DNA of 64,000 nt, taken from NCBI GenBank assembly GCA_905178155.1, contig CAJINV010000007.1, positions 4,172,265-4,236,264 of the forward strand. The letters are read 5' to 3'. Position 1 is the first letter of the stretch; every line of letters starts with the position of its first letter. Shown here in pieces: positions 10,701 to 21,600 of the stretch. The notes under the pieces were generated by a model. The model was not told the DNA's origin. It saw only the letters and a program-made list of their open reading frames with translations, and searched no databases. The position numbers and the translations under genes were made by a program. This DNA comes from Amoebophrya sp. A120. Its lineage: Eukaryota; Protista; Dinoflagellata.

Positions 10701-13186
10701 CACAGGTCCTCCGACTGGGTCCGAGTTGGCTGGAGAACTTGCGGAGATCTTGCACCACGTCAAGGGGCGCATGATCGACGTCGAGCGTGTTCCGGAGTTT
10801 AACTCTGTGTCCAAGAAGTTTGACTTCCTAGGGTCAGTAGTGTACTACGCCTGGAATCTGCGAACCGTTAGGGTCGTGATGTCAGAGTACATATCCAAGA
10901 TTTGTAAGAAATTCAACGTCTCAGAAGCGGGCAAGCCGGTCCACTCGCCAAACTTCGATGAGTCTGAACTCGCTAAAGAAGTTGAAGGAGCTAAAGTTAT
11001 TGAAGGTTTTCCCCTTCGAGAGGTCGTTGGCTCTCTGCAGTGGGCTGCAACCACTTGCAGGGTAGACATTGTTGTCCCGGTTGCCACTGTCGCCAGATAC
11101 GTGGGCAAGCCGGCGACTCGGCCTGTCGTAAACGCCTGTAAGAAGATTCTGAAGTATCTATTGACAACGAAGGAGCAGGGTCTGTCGTATAGTCCGGAAA
11201 TTGAGGATGAATTCAACAGAATCTACAGCAAGCTACTGCCCGATGGGAGAGACTTGCCTGATGTGAATCTGTTTTCGGATGCTAGTTTTGCGAATTGTTG
11301 CAAGACCATGCGAAGCACTAGCGGTAGCATTATGTACTTCCGCGGCTTCCCGATCTGTTGGCGTAGCAACCGGCAGACCGTGAGAGCGTACTCCACGGCG
11401 GAGGCGGAGTATATAGCTGCTTCCGACACTATTGCGCTGAGCGAGCAGAATGACTTTACAGAATTCTTCAAACCTCTACCCACTGTCATGGTGGAGAAGC
11501 AGAATGGCTTATCTCCCTCCCTGGGTGATGCCATATTGTGGATCGACAACCAGTCCGCGATAACTACAGCTAAGAGCACAGACAACAAACCGAAATCGAG
11601 GCACTACGCACTGCGATATCTCCGCGTGAGAGACGCAGCGAGCCAGATCATGTTCTGCCCGACCTATCTGATGAAGGCAGACGGTCTTACGAAGCTCGAG
11701 TGTAGTGTGCCGCAGAGACGCTTACTCTTGCACCATATTGATAACCCCGACCCTAAGTCTTTTATTTGTGACTCCTCTGACGATGAGGATGATTTAGACA
11801 CTTTTATAGAGGGGAATCATAAGGGCAGGGCTAAAGTAGGCTATACTTATTCGATCTATTTTGGTTTCTAGAAGGTATTGGGGTAGCTAGTTTACCACAG
11901 CGCGCTCAGGAGGGGAGTGTGGTAGGACGTTATCCAGATTAGCATCACCGCCGCAGCGATTGAGGAGGGGCGTTGGTCATGGAAATCGATCCCGCACACA
12001 CGTAACACGATCGCCCCAAATGACGCCTGTTCCTCAATGAAATGACAGCTCTGAATGACCTGAACTAGCCAGATCCTTAGGGAAATGGTCAGAATCTATC
12101 TAGATCCTAAAGGAAACTCTTCACCATGTTCCGCGAATCCCCCAAATACTACGAAGGCAAAGCCGTCAGGATCGTAGTGAAATGAATGGACTCAGCTCGG
12201 TCCAGACGTTCAGAATGGTCGCCCTGGGGGACTTGACTCCCGCCAGGGTCGAGCACCAATCTGAGCAGGTTGAGGGGTGGACTCCCATGTTGTTTGGCCA
12301 CTTGACTCTGACCAGGTTTGGCCCATATGAATGTGATGAAGTTGGATGATTTGAACCTACAGGATGCAACGCAGCAAGAGACTTGCGTCACTTGCTTGCT
12401 TACTTGCAATTGAGAGAATTCATCGAATTGCTGTTGATAACGAGCTCAGTGGAGCAAGCGTGTGCAAGTGTGTGCGAGTGTTCTCAAGTCCACTAACACA
12501 GTCTAAATCTTCTAAAATCCAAACAGCCTGTCATGCTTTTATTACGCGGCTGCGTCCTATTCTGATGCCCCAGAACCGACAAAACAAACCGCCTCACCGG
12601 CGGGTGCAAAACAAGACCAATTTCAACTACTTTACCAAAAAACCATCTTATCAGGCTCGGATCATTCCCTGCAGTGGCGCACTCCAAGCGGGCATGAGCA
12701 AGAGAATGCTGAAGTTTCGCAACCCCTTCGGAAAAACCTCGTGCTACACCGGTGCCTTCAGCAGAAACGACATGGAAAACTGGAAGAAACTACAGCACTT
12801 CCACCTCTTTTTCAAGGGGGCCGGCGAAGTGAGCAGTTTCTGGATGGAGTACACGGACTTTCTGCTATCCAGTGCAAAAGTATCGTACTCGTATAAATGC
12901 AAATCATGCATCACAAAGCTTGTTCCCAAGGCAAATCAGCATTACAAATTTTATTTCTCATGCTAAGGAAATTTGTAATGCATTTATACGAGTACGATAC
13001 TTTTGCAATCCATATCTGTCCATATTCAGCAAAGTGTACGTCTGTCCGCTGAGCGAAACGGATTTTATTCAAACGGGTAGTGTAGCTGGTCCTTCAGGGA
13101 GTAAGCAGACGCACCTGCAGCAGGCGACAAGTTTTGGAAGTGACCAGTTTGAAATGGTTCTCAACTCCGTGGCGAGGGACGTTTAG
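1756..13186 (+). CDS. Calpain-like (CysPc domain) protein with long E/A-rich linker, probably catalytically inactive; multi-exon
   Basis: Calpain motifs LAAIALVAEYP, ITLDDLIP, ELFALLLEKALAKLAGSYANLSG…LTG, GLVEGFPY (GHAY position), KFRNPFG, FWMEYTDF. Approximate exons: 1756-1889, 2160-2433, 2708-2788, 3003-3149, 3302-~4423, ~4637-4824, ~5136-5150, ~5397-5832, 5994-6244, 12655-12865, 13020-13186. Junctions around 4420-5400 are unresolved. Confidence 0.8.
1890..2154. mobile_element. Introner/MITE-like intron, family A
   Basis: TIR tatggattgcaaaagtgtctgggtgtggaag / cttccagacccagacacttttgcatttgata. Flanks tccgc/ttcgc. Removing 265+5=270 nt gives in-frame CSANGFYLY. Confidence 0.9.
2434..2702. mobile_element. 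Introner, family A
   Basis: TIR tatcaaacgtaaaaatgtctgggtctggaag / cttccagacccagacacttttacatttgata. Perfect 5-nt direct repeat cgccc. Removal joins QSP|FADLNG. Confidence 0.92.
2789..2997. mobile_element. Introner, family B
   Basis: 29-nt TIR (3 mismatches) tatcccacgaaaaaactgcttcactgtga. Direct repeat tgcag. Removal joins GLQ|LFLIF. Confidence 0.92.
4825..5130. mobile_element. Introner, family C
   Basis: ~56-nt TIR tatggaagtgtcagaatcgaaattgacaaagtcgaaaaatttgtgatgcataaaat. Flanks agaag/aggag. Homologous to 39534 and 56892. The spliced frame here is not resolved. Confidence 0.88.
5833..5988. mobile_element. Introner, family D
   Basis: TIR tatgcagtgcaaaagtatcgtagtcgta / tacgagtacgatacttttgcacaggata. 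Direct repeat gaacg. Removal joins NLN|VVKNK. Confidence 0.92.
6284..6811 (+). repeat. 5' LTR
   Basis: Starts TG, ends CA; about 15 substitutions versus 11971-12498 by manual comparison (~97% identity). Confidence 0.95.
6871..8055 (+). CDS. gag: Copia Gag with CCHC zinc knuckle
   Basis: ORF from ATG 6871; CWICGKENHKADRC matches CX2CX4HX4C. Confidence 0.9.
   Translation: MGQEAKLVEKLSSAQDWRVWRRGVTNEVSRLGLQEYWDNRLAGNPPGIPQAANTANNAIREKWRDLKDAIYKSRTGSVSTWVNSQHYINDDAAQLFMRIRDVGRFNVASRDQQHIKTSSIDAMHFDNRDAPKDAPTFLAQILDFMVMAPSVYVPEPGCPVEDHHVKNILDKLPKMYASAFRQTIDRCVDESDHITLQEIGNRLEKKLAQLVKEGSHKIESPSFGKAFPVVEEKSKKTKKGNKRQKNDDDDEEPDSADDGQNASGKVFSAKALKRKMAKVRKQTEASALAAHGLPPKANAKGGSGQKGGGKTGRNQSTPCNTVTKPKCWICGKENHKADRCRWNPNNQGKGQWGGAWGNQQPQWCPPVSQSQTNNQNQGQGAGGKQGGWVWQGPA
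8056..11871 (+). CDS. pol: Copia Pol (protease, integrase, RT, RNase H), in frame with gag after one TGA
   Basis: LVDSCA (protease); HRRFGH…CPEC and MDF/RRDNE/NGTCER (integrase HHCC, DDE); DLDSAFL, LKKALYGLK, YGDD (RT); FSDASFA, STAEAEY, IDNQSAI, ADGLTK (RNase H). Confidence 0.95.
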   Translation, partial: PDEGGVFISEYGSCVLNFENLEDFGVDSSSCFTAQTKDAVSLVDSCANKYLSRHESDFIDISSNVCRINGTAGARDGFVGKLKENALGLPYGVYFKHLPRDIDRVLPWLGEDNPSDRGWDLNYNSSGGSLVNRESGQMLPIKNHERLTLPVLGCDLFGMGLRGQATRDTAEDIACITIEESIASCHLTRLEQHRRFGHFHVDGLSVQCPECDKAKGARSSHAKERDTSNYKPEPLKLLAMDFAVGIKPVSIRSRTCVLVVICDAIKKCFWFPLKLKSDCVEVLEEVIKGIRQKYALTLEDKVVWFVRRDNEPVLGSDSMTKVMQSLRVGDAPTVPYNPEQNGTCERFTRTIFGAVRAMLVNVDKRLWCYSVEYAAACWDRLPHKYSKVPEYDGKTPAEILDERTGRNSSKVGTRMLGRFGCLVYFREQVKKGEAHEAPEGGVEVVAPKLSAPFRRGVFLGLCPKSSGWRVGTYVTDGRPAAGRRWMEYSTIDVKFREECLVKNIEDLAPNSKGIYVECDAIEALPSGAPCAPSLPCVGPEIGAVRRLGVDVSEHTGRQPDGPETLVIESVDWEDDPGQIHPEPEGVKPEEGNLDDHPTHSSLSSPRKVSPSPARIVAGNRNSKPRGRGRPKGRKDTRKRVRRTRKELDALKKDASAFAAAIAAQDDREEGEEFLDVQRYLTTSAKLDPARCKDSVEWNAATNKEDCRLEAYKVWEPATDEELATAKQVLPIAILLTEKRDGTKKARAVALGNLDRSGELDTFAPVVSHAANRLLLAAAAADGDDVIPFDLDSAFLSALLDRDVFCRLPPIWAKKHGVEIVKLKKALYGLKDAPRLWHKKYEEVLTKLGWEPCPSAPGLWKKPSLEHPGKFLKLAGYGDDNLITGPPTGSELAGELAEILHHVKGRMIDVERVPEFNSVSKKFDFLGSVVYYAWNLRTVRVVMSEYISKICKKFNVSEAGKPVHSPNFDESELAKEVEGAKVIEGFPLREVVGSLQWAATTCRVDIVVPVATVARYVGKPATRPVVNACKKILKYLLTTKEQGLSYSPEIEDEFNRIYSKLLPDGRDLPDVNLFSDASFANCCKTMRSTSGSIMYFRGFPICWRSNRQTVRAYSTAEAEYIAASDTIALSEQNDFTEFFKPLPTVMVEKQNGLSPSLGDAILWIDNQSAITTAKSTDNKPKSRHYALRYLRVRDAASQIMFCPTYLMKADGLTKLECSVPQRRLLLHHIDNPDPKSFICDSSDDEDDLDTFIEGNHKGRAKVGYTYSIYFGF
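11971..12498 (+). repeat. 3' LTR
   Basis: Direct repeat of 6284-6811 (first base C instead of T), preceded by the PPT. Confidence 0.95.
12866..13014. mobile_element. Introner, family D, inverted relative to 5833 copy
   Basis: TIR tatccagtgcaaaagtatcgtactcgtataaatgc. Flanks tctgc/tctgt. Removal gives DFL[S/P]IFSKVYVC. Confidence 0.92.
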
Positions 13187-14175
13187 TCGTCAGTTGATAT
13201 GATCTTGATCATCATCTGATTTCTCAGAGTTTTCTTTTGCATCGAGTAACATATAATTCCCCGCTCCAAAAAACACGATCACCACAAACATGAAATTTCC
13301 ACACTAGTTTACCCACTAGAAGCGTACAGATAAGTTTCGTAAGTTTTGGTTTTGCGCATGGTAACAATAATTTCCAATCGAAGCACAAGCAAAAGCATCG
13401 CACACTGTGCTAGCATCGCATCATGTCATTTGTCTTATGGTTTTGAAAAAGTTGAAAAGAGATGCCCATTTTTCACCAATCCTCACGTCCACGAGCGCGG
13501 CATGATCTGTACACTACGCAACGCAAGACGAGCAGCATGCTCATATACTTGCAAGTCTGCTTTTTGAGTACGCATAAGCGTTACGACGGGAATAGAGTAC
13601 TAAATCACATTGCAACCTACCACAATAAATCGAAAATCGCATCCGGCTAAGAAGGGTAGCCGAGACAAGGCACATTCACTGTGTATTCGTGTTCTTACAC
13701 TCTGTTCTTCGCATATGCATCCCCGGACCTGGTTCCGTCTTCTTCGGTAAGAGTCTGTCCCGGACCATGAAAAATCGATCAACCACGACGTGAAAACCAT
13801 TGCTGTGCCCAGCACCAAATCAAGTATCAGCCTGCATTTTTTGACCGACGATCACGATCTTGACCTTGAGACCCTACGCCTGCACTTGCCCCAGCCGACG
13901 ATCTGGATCCTCCGCGTCAGCTTTTTGATCAAAATTTCACTCAAGGATGAACCGGCTTCGAAGACCTCTTGTTCTGTTTCTGCGACGCAATGCGACGGCA
14001 AATTTCCACCCTGCTCTGCTCTCTTTCTACCTCGTTGACGTCATTGTGTCACAGCGACGTGTAGTAGAGGTGACCAGCATGAGCAGCGTTGTTATTGAAT
14101 AAAGCGCACCAGTTGAGAAATTTCCTCGCCTGATTCGTCTACTTCTGTTGCTCGCATACTTTCGTCGAAAAAAAA

Positions 14176-17100
14176 ATGGCAGCCGGCGTCGAGCAGAGTG
14201 ACCTTGTTGCCCCGGGCGCAGGTCTCGGCCCCGCTGGAGCTGCAGACCCCCAACAAGAGCGCCAGGGTTTGGACCTGCCGCGGATTGCCAGGATGGCGAT
14301 ACAGGTCATGGCCGTGCACTACGCCTTCATGTGGATGACCGGAATGACCAAGCGACCCGGTGGTCAGACCACTAGCACGGCGGAGCTGCAGGAGGAAACA
14401 TCAATAACAGCAGCGGCTTCTACCAAGAAAGGATCTTCCTCCGGTAAGAAAAAGCCGAACCGGCCGATGCGGTTCTACAAAAACATGTTTGATCCGGCAG
14501 AGGAGACGTATGATTTTTGGGTCCACTTGCTCACCGAGGATGAGTGGAAGAAGATGAAGAAGAACACGCACGCGGAAAACAAAAAACTTTTTGCAGAATG
14601 GGAAGAAAGCGAGAAGCTCCTGTGGCACGAAAAGAACATCCCGTACAACTTGAAGGACAAGCAGATTCTCGCGGATAAGCAAACACCGGATAGTGATTTC
14701 AACGTCTGGCGAAAAAACGTCACCGTGCCCTTGCGATTGCTCCCGGAATTGGTTTTGCCCTCAGCTTCTGACAGCACTTCGGGACGAGAAGAAGACTTGG
14801 CGCAGCAGCAAGGGGAACAGGAGAAAGACGCCGCAGGCACAAATTTGGTTGCACAAGCGGTAAAAGGCTTAATGGTACCTTCATCGGCATCAAATATCAA
14901 GCCGGATGCTATAACATCAAGCTATCTTCTCGCCTACACCATGCGGTCCACGAAACTGCGCAAGAGCAAGCACCTGTACAGTTACGAAACCATTCACGAA
15001 CGCGTGAACCTCACTCGGATGATGCGCCCGAAGGTGCACCACGAAGAAAAAAGCCTGCTCGGGGGCGGCGGTGCGGATGATCAGGAGAGTGAGAAGAAAA
15101 ACGCGACGACGACCTTAGCTGCCATAGCTGCACCAGACAAAGACGGGACCCAACCCGGTGCTTCAGCATCTTCGTCTGAGTCTCGTGTTTCTTCCAAAAA
15201 CGCTTCTAGTACGTCCACGAACGCTGAAGTAGCGCTCGCCCTGGAACACGAAAATACCAGAAATTCAACCACCACATCACCAACCGCCTCCCCATCATCT
15301 TCGACGAAAGTCGCCCACTGGGTGTCCAAAGTCGATTTTCGCATTGTTTGGGACGACTCCGTTCACAACGACGCCACACTGAACAACGAGATTTCCACAA
15401 ATAACAACCCCCTGGCCGCCATCAAGCGCTTTCCGGACAGCCAGGTGTATCAGCCCCTGGTCTCCGCGACCGACTTCTGGGCGCTAGAGCACGACTTTCT
15501 GCACCTCAACTCCACTGTGCTGGAGAAGGGAGTCAGCCTGGAAGCCGTGCATGGGAAGATCTCAAACACAAAAGATGACGAAGCTGCGCCACACGACCCG
15601 AACGTAGTGAAGAACGTGGTGGATGTTGTCTTTGACGAGGCTGCACCAAGTTCAACAAACCATCACCTCGCGGCCGAGCCCTCGCTCCCCCTCCGTCTGT
15701 CCCACTACCAGACCACCTACGCCGCCTGGTCCATCCAAAAGTCACTGACCGACACGCTGACGATCAAGGAAAATTTCGGCCTGCTGATCGACCCCATGCG
15801 CGAGAGCTTCATGCTGAAGAAGATTTTCCTCAGCAACTCTATGACCTGCTCAAACGTTACAATCTCAAACGTTACAATAGAATTTGGATTTTGTGTTGCG
15901 TGACGAGCATGACAGACTCGGACAGCATTCCACTTTCTGCAATACAAATTTCGCCAGACTGTAGTGCCGTTTGGGACTCCGGAACTTGTCATGCGCAATG
16001 CCATGAGAGTTGGCTACAAATTGCGGCTCTTGCATCACAGATTTCGATATTCTATTGTAACGTTTGAGATTGTAACACCTGAGCAGGTTATAAACTCACC
16101 CATCGTGCTGATTCTGTCCATGCTCTTCATGCTGTCACACTCCCTTATGGCGCTCTCAACTGGTACATTCTCAACTGTTACATGATTTGTCATGCAAATT
16201 TACCACCAAGATCGCCACGATTAAGCTGCTTCGCATGACAAACATCCGAAGGGCTAAACAGGATCTAAATCTGTGCCAAATCTGTAATGCAAAAGGCGCA
16301 TCCTTCCTCCTTTCACTTTCGCCGTTCTTGCATTACAAATCCACGTAACAGTTGAGAATGTAACGTTTGAGAACGCCATATCCCTGTTCTCGTGGTTGGC
16401 CTTCAAAAACGACCTCCAGTTTTGGCGGAAGAACAAGTCCATGAAGGGCCTCAGCGCCCGGTCGATGGTGATCGGCTGGGTGAGTCGGGTGGTGATCGCG
16501 CTCTATCTGCTGGAGTCCCGGGAAACCAGCTACTTGATTCTCTTCGAAATTGGCTTAGATTTGGTGCTGAGCACCTGGAAACTCACCAAGGCGATCAAGG
16601 TGGAAGTGGTATTTGCGAAGATTTTGTACGGGAAGGTGCTAAATCTTCTTTGGGTGAAAACGATGAATAGTACTGCGCACGAAAAGGATGAAGTTTTGAA
16701 GAACCAAGCAGAAGACGATCGGCAAGTGGACCAGAAAAGCGAATTCGATGAAAGTGTTGAAAATTCTAGTGCTAGCTGTCAAGAGCAAGAGGAGCACGAA
16801 ACAGTGGGAGAAACATCATCAGCCACAACTCTCCGGCACCGGCCTGCTGCGGTAGCTGCTACTTCTGCAGAAGAAACTACTGCGACGGGGGCCAGCCACG
16901 ACGTCAAAATAAACCGAGAGAAGGCCGCCAACGGCGGAGAGACCGCGGACACTCTCGATAAAATAATCGACGATAAGACCAAACCCAAAATATCAAAGCC
17001 GTCAAGTGCAAAAGCGAAACCCTCCTTTATCGAAACTTACGTCCTAAAGATCTCCTCGAAAACCGGCTACGACGACGACCAAACGTCCGAATACGACCAG

Positions 17101-17933
17101 ATTGCGGTGCGCTACATGTTATGCATTGCAAATAAAGTATCGCAATCGCGCTCGTACTGGTGCTGTAGATTGCATTCTTACAAATTTTCGCTAAAAAGTG
17201 GAACCTGTAATGCTGCGTTACGTAAAATAAAGAAATCTAGATCAGATTTGATGTCATGCGATGTTGCAACTCCAACAACTATCTACCAATGCCGCGAGTG
17301 CGATACTACTTTTGCAGCGGATACAGGTCCTACCTTCTCTACCCCCTGCTCGGCTGCTACACGGTGTACACGCTGGTGTACAACGTCCACAAGTCCTGGT
17401 ACAGCTTCATCCTGAAAACCCTCGCCGGCTACATCTACGTGTTTGGGTTCATCATGATGACGCCCCAGCTGTATATCAACTACCGCCTGAAATCGGTCGA
17501 GCACATGCCCTGGCGGGCGATGACCTACAAGGCTTTGAACACGTTTGTGGACGACGTCTCCGCGTTTCTCATGGACATGCCCTGGATGCACCGCCTCTCG
17601 TGCCTCCGCGACGACGTCATTTTCTTCGCCTACCTGTACCAACGCTGGGCGTACCGGGTGGACAAAACGCGGCCGACCGCGTTTTCCGATGGGGAGAAAG
17701 TAGAACAGCAGGAACTAAAGTCCTCTGCTGAAGGAGAAGACGCTGAGGGAAGTAGGAATTCGCCCGCTTTAGAAGACAATAAACAAGTAGGCGGAGCTAT
17801 TGCTATTGTAGACGGAAGAACTGAGGTTCAGAACTCAACAGGGAGGGGAAACAATATTGAAATGATCCATCAGCATCAGGGGCAAGAAACCGAAAAAGAA
17901 AACCAGCGACAAGAGAACGACAAAACAAAATGA
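14176..17933 (+). CDS. CLPTM1/CLPTM1L family membrane protein
   Basis: HSLFSWLAFKNDLQFW…SMKGLS, FGFIMMTPQLYINYRLKSVEHMPWRAMTYKALNTFVDD…MPWMHRLSCLRDDVIFFAYLYQRWAYRVDKTR. Exons 14176-15839, 16098-16145, 16386-17119, 17329-17933. Confidence 0.93.
15840..16092. mobile_element. Introner, family E
   Basis: ~44-nt TIR containing tandem caaacgttacaat units. Direct repeat aactc. 253+5=258 nt, frame restored. Confidence 0.92.
16146..16380. mobile_element. Introner, family E-related
   Basis: TIR tatggcgctctcaactggtacattctcaactgttac. Direct repeat tccct. 235+5=240 nt; restores the conserved HSL|FSWLAFKND. Confidence 0.93.
17120..17323. mobile_element. Introner, family D-related; also removable as a GT-AG intron (17118-17326)
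   Basis: TIR tatgcattgcaaataaagtatcgca / tgcgatactacttttgcagcggata. Flanks catgt/caggt. 209-nt removal gives RYMSYLLYP. Confidence 0.88.
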
Positions 17934-18606
17934 AAGGAAATGAAATTTTTCTCTAGATGAAACTATATCTAATATAGCCGAAAAAGAAAAACTAAAACAC
18001 TCCGAGTCCTGAAAGCCGGACTCGCCACTCGACCAAGCGTTTTGCGAAAGCGATGCGGTTCGCACTCGGAAAACGATTGCGGTTCCATTAACACTTGTAA
18101 GTATCGTGTCGTGCAAGTCGAAAAAATAAAAATTCGAATTCTTTTAGCGAAAATCGTCGTCGTCTTCATCGTCTATTCGTATTCATCATCCTTCGTGATG
18201 CTTTTGTCGTGCCCTCGTTAAAGACATCGAATAAATAAGATCAAGACTATGAGTGGTGGGGGGAGAGGTTCAAAAAAGAAGGCAAAAAAGTCAGCTCGAC
18301 ACAGTGTGTGAGTGAAAAGCGTAAACTACAGCTGCAAAACTCGTCGTTTATTTGATCGTCTTCTTATTCATATTCTTTAGATGGAAGCAAAGACGTGAAA
18401 AAGGACCGGCGGATGGATCATCACTAGACGGCAAACAGAAACCAGAGCACATCTTTATATCTGGTACTGGTAGAGCCGACGAGTCCACGTGCGTATTGAT
18501 ATTGGTTGTTACGTCTAAGACAACTCATTTACCTTTTGACTTACCCTATAGTTCTGATAATTCAAGCAGCTGCGCAGGAGACTCTCGTCTACCAAAGCGA
18601 GACATC

Positions 18607-21600
18607 ATGGCGAGGCAGCAGGCTGCGCAGTCATGTTCTTGGGGCGCACGATCACCCGCTCGGGGGGATCGTGTCAGGAACAAGAAGAGCATGCCTTGTT
18701 TTCTGCAGCAACTACTCTATTGCTTCTTCCTCCAGTTCTGTCTTTTTTCGCTGCTACCACCGGCGAACGGCAGACCGCGTATGCTGCGCCGAGAACCGCG
18801 ACCGCAGCAGATTACGCCGGATACAGATACCGCGCAGAACCCACCAAATGTTTCACAACGTGGCATCGATGATGATCCGAGCGCTGGCCGCGCGGCGGAT
18901 ACCACTAGTAAAACCAGCAGCAGTGCGAATTCCTACCCAGAGACGGCGACGAGAAGCACCAATCCCCCATCTTCAATCCTCCAGCAAGTCGAAATCCAGG
19001 GAGGAAATAATGCGAAAATAACCCTCGGCGACCAGGAGCAAGCAAGACATACACATAAACAATATTCTAGAAGCGATGTTACGATTAATAGAGCAACTGA
19101 CGAGGAGCCGAACAATGACAGAGATGACTCCTTCACTTCGGATTCTCCCGATTTCGAGCCGGACCCCCCGGCTTCGTCTCTGTTGCTTCTCTTCTCGGAG
19201 CAGATGCTCGGCGGGCCCTCTGGGGGTCGTGGTAGCTCCTCTTCGCTATTATCCACGTCAGAGGCTGCTGCTGCAGCTGCTGCAACGGGCAACAAAAACC
19301 AGGATCCAGGCGACCAGAACTCCGTGGCGACGAACTTTCTGCAGTTGGAGGAACACCAAACAGAAAGACAGAAGGAAAAAGCGGCCTTCATGTTTGGCCC
19401 CGGGTTCATGATGGCCCGGATGGTGAAGTCGTTGCTGAAAATGTGTGCCGCAGTCGCGATTTTTGCTGTGTGCTTAAGCTTTTTGAAGGGGTGCTGCACG
19501 GCGGAAAACTTCAATCTGCGAAATCTACCGGGGGTCGGGAAGTTGTTTTTGAAGTTGGGGATAGACGAGTTTGAAGATACCAAGATTCTCGTGGAAATCG
19601 TGCAGGCGAAAGATTTGAAAGGTAAAGATGGATCTTTTGTTCTAGCGGTCTCAAAAAACTGCTGTTTGATTTTATCGCTTCACCACTAAATTGTTAGTGT
19701 GGCGTACTTAGCAAAAAATCGAGAACATCAATGCAACAGGATCTGTATCAATATAGCAGCCTTTATTCATCACAGACAATGGCGACATGTAGAATCACAT
19801 CGTGCATAATGTTATACCGCATGCTACGGCTGTTCATTTTTTCTCTACACACCATACCCTCGTGCATAACGTTATTCACCACGCTATTGCGAAGAATGTT
19901 TCGGACACAGGTGAAACTTTAGTGGTGCACCTGCCTATTATTGAAGTTGTATTTCGTCTTTCAGAAGTTTACCACTCAAAATAAAAAATCCGCACAGGTA
20001 AAGGCGAGAAATCCATGCTGCTCAGCGATAACCAATTTACCGCTACCGTCGCGTTTTGGTACGAAAAATTCGAAACGGATCCGTCAGTGAAATGCGACTT
20101 CGGGCAAACGAGGATGATGACCATCCCCCAGGGCGCGTCGACGACAACCTTCTCTGCAACTTCGATCGGGACTGTGTTTATGCACATGGAAATTCAACAT
20201 ATCAACGAGGAGCGTTGTACTGCATGACAAATTTTGATGTTGGTACCGCCTCAAAAGCGAAGTCAAAGAGGTCATAGATTATCTATGACCTCTTTGAACT
20301 ATCTGATAGTTCAGGAGTAGTCGTTCCTGTTCAAAAGTGCACCAGTCATATAATTGTAATGCTAGTGATAGAAGAAGAAGATGACTTGGTGGATTTCCTG
20401 TGCATACTCCCGAACACCCAAATCGGTGCCCTAACCGTGAAGACGAAGCGGGATATTTTGGACCGCGAGAAGTCCTTCTGGGGCAGCAAGCAGACCTACC
20501 GGCTGAAGTCCCTCGAGGAGAATGGAAAGATGGCGGGCACCCTGATCGTGAAGTTCCGAAGGCTGTCCCCCGAACAGGAGGCAAACTACTTCACACCCTT
20601 GGTCAAGGGAATCGACAACGAGTCTGGGCTAGGCGCTGAGTGCATGAAGATTGCGCTGAAACTGAATCTCCCCGACACGTTGCGCAACATCGAGGGAGAG
20701 CTAAAGTGCCGTATCCTCGGGGAAGTGTTGCACGGGCAGGTGAAAGAAGTAGATAAGGGCGTAGAACAGTAGGGAATGAAATTTTATTTTCTTGCACGTA
20801 GAAGTTCACGCACACACGACAACGACCACAACGACAACGGGTCGTTCATATTATCCTCGAAAGCATGACGCATCTGTACTGCGAAATTTTTTAAAGTGGA
20901 GACTTAATTAATAAACCGTAGATAGAAGATTGAACCCCGCGCAGGGCTGTCGTGTGTACGTGTTCTAGAACTAGTGCGGGCGCAAAATTACCCTGCATAC
21001 TCCGGAAACCATGTACATGAAAGTCCAGTACTGCGCCCTGGGTCGCGTGGACTTCTCCGTGCGACAGATGGAGGCGCAGAAGGCCGCCAAGAAGGGCTTG
21101 AATGCCCCAAAGAAGAGTTTCTACTTCTGCGTCTACGAGTCCAAAAAGATTGCGGAGTCCATGGCCCGCGAACCGGTCGTTTTCACGGCCATCAGCAGTG
21201 TGAAGCATGTGAAACCCAGCACGAAGCGGGTGGACGAGTTCACGGTGAAGTGGCAGGTGTCGAAACACCAGAAGGATGACGACGACGGCCCGGATACCGA
21301 CGACGTCACTTTGCGAACCAAGGACAAGGACCGAGACATCATCGTGGAAGCGCTCGACCACTTGCAACAGGAACTCCTCCATGTGAACGATATGCAAGAA
21401 ATTGATTGCGATGATGTGTCCCGCTGTTTTTGCGGGTTCCAGGCAGCTCTTTTGCAGACGTGCATTCATCTTCCACGACTCCTTGAAAAGACTTCTACTT
21501 ACTTATCAAGGCACTTCTGCTATCCACACTTATCAAGGCACTTCTGCCCTCCGGGCGCGGCTCAGACACATTTTGTTTCTTTCTTTCGGAACCGAGTTTA

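Larger units (their letters stand above)
6284..12498 (+). mobile_element. Full-length Ty1/copia LTR retrotransposon inside a GT-AG intron (6245-12654) of the calpain-like gene
   Basis: Two 528-bp LTRs, TSD caatc/cagtc (4/5), PPT gaggagggg at 11962-11970, and gag then PR-IN-RT-RH domain order. Confidence 0.97.

Noticed and set aside
21500-21547. Short tandem duplications (acttatcaaggcacttctgc x2; acttctagttgctcttgc x2 near 58123-58164)
   Set aside because: Two-copy intronic slippage repeats; no CRISPR-like array or other structure.
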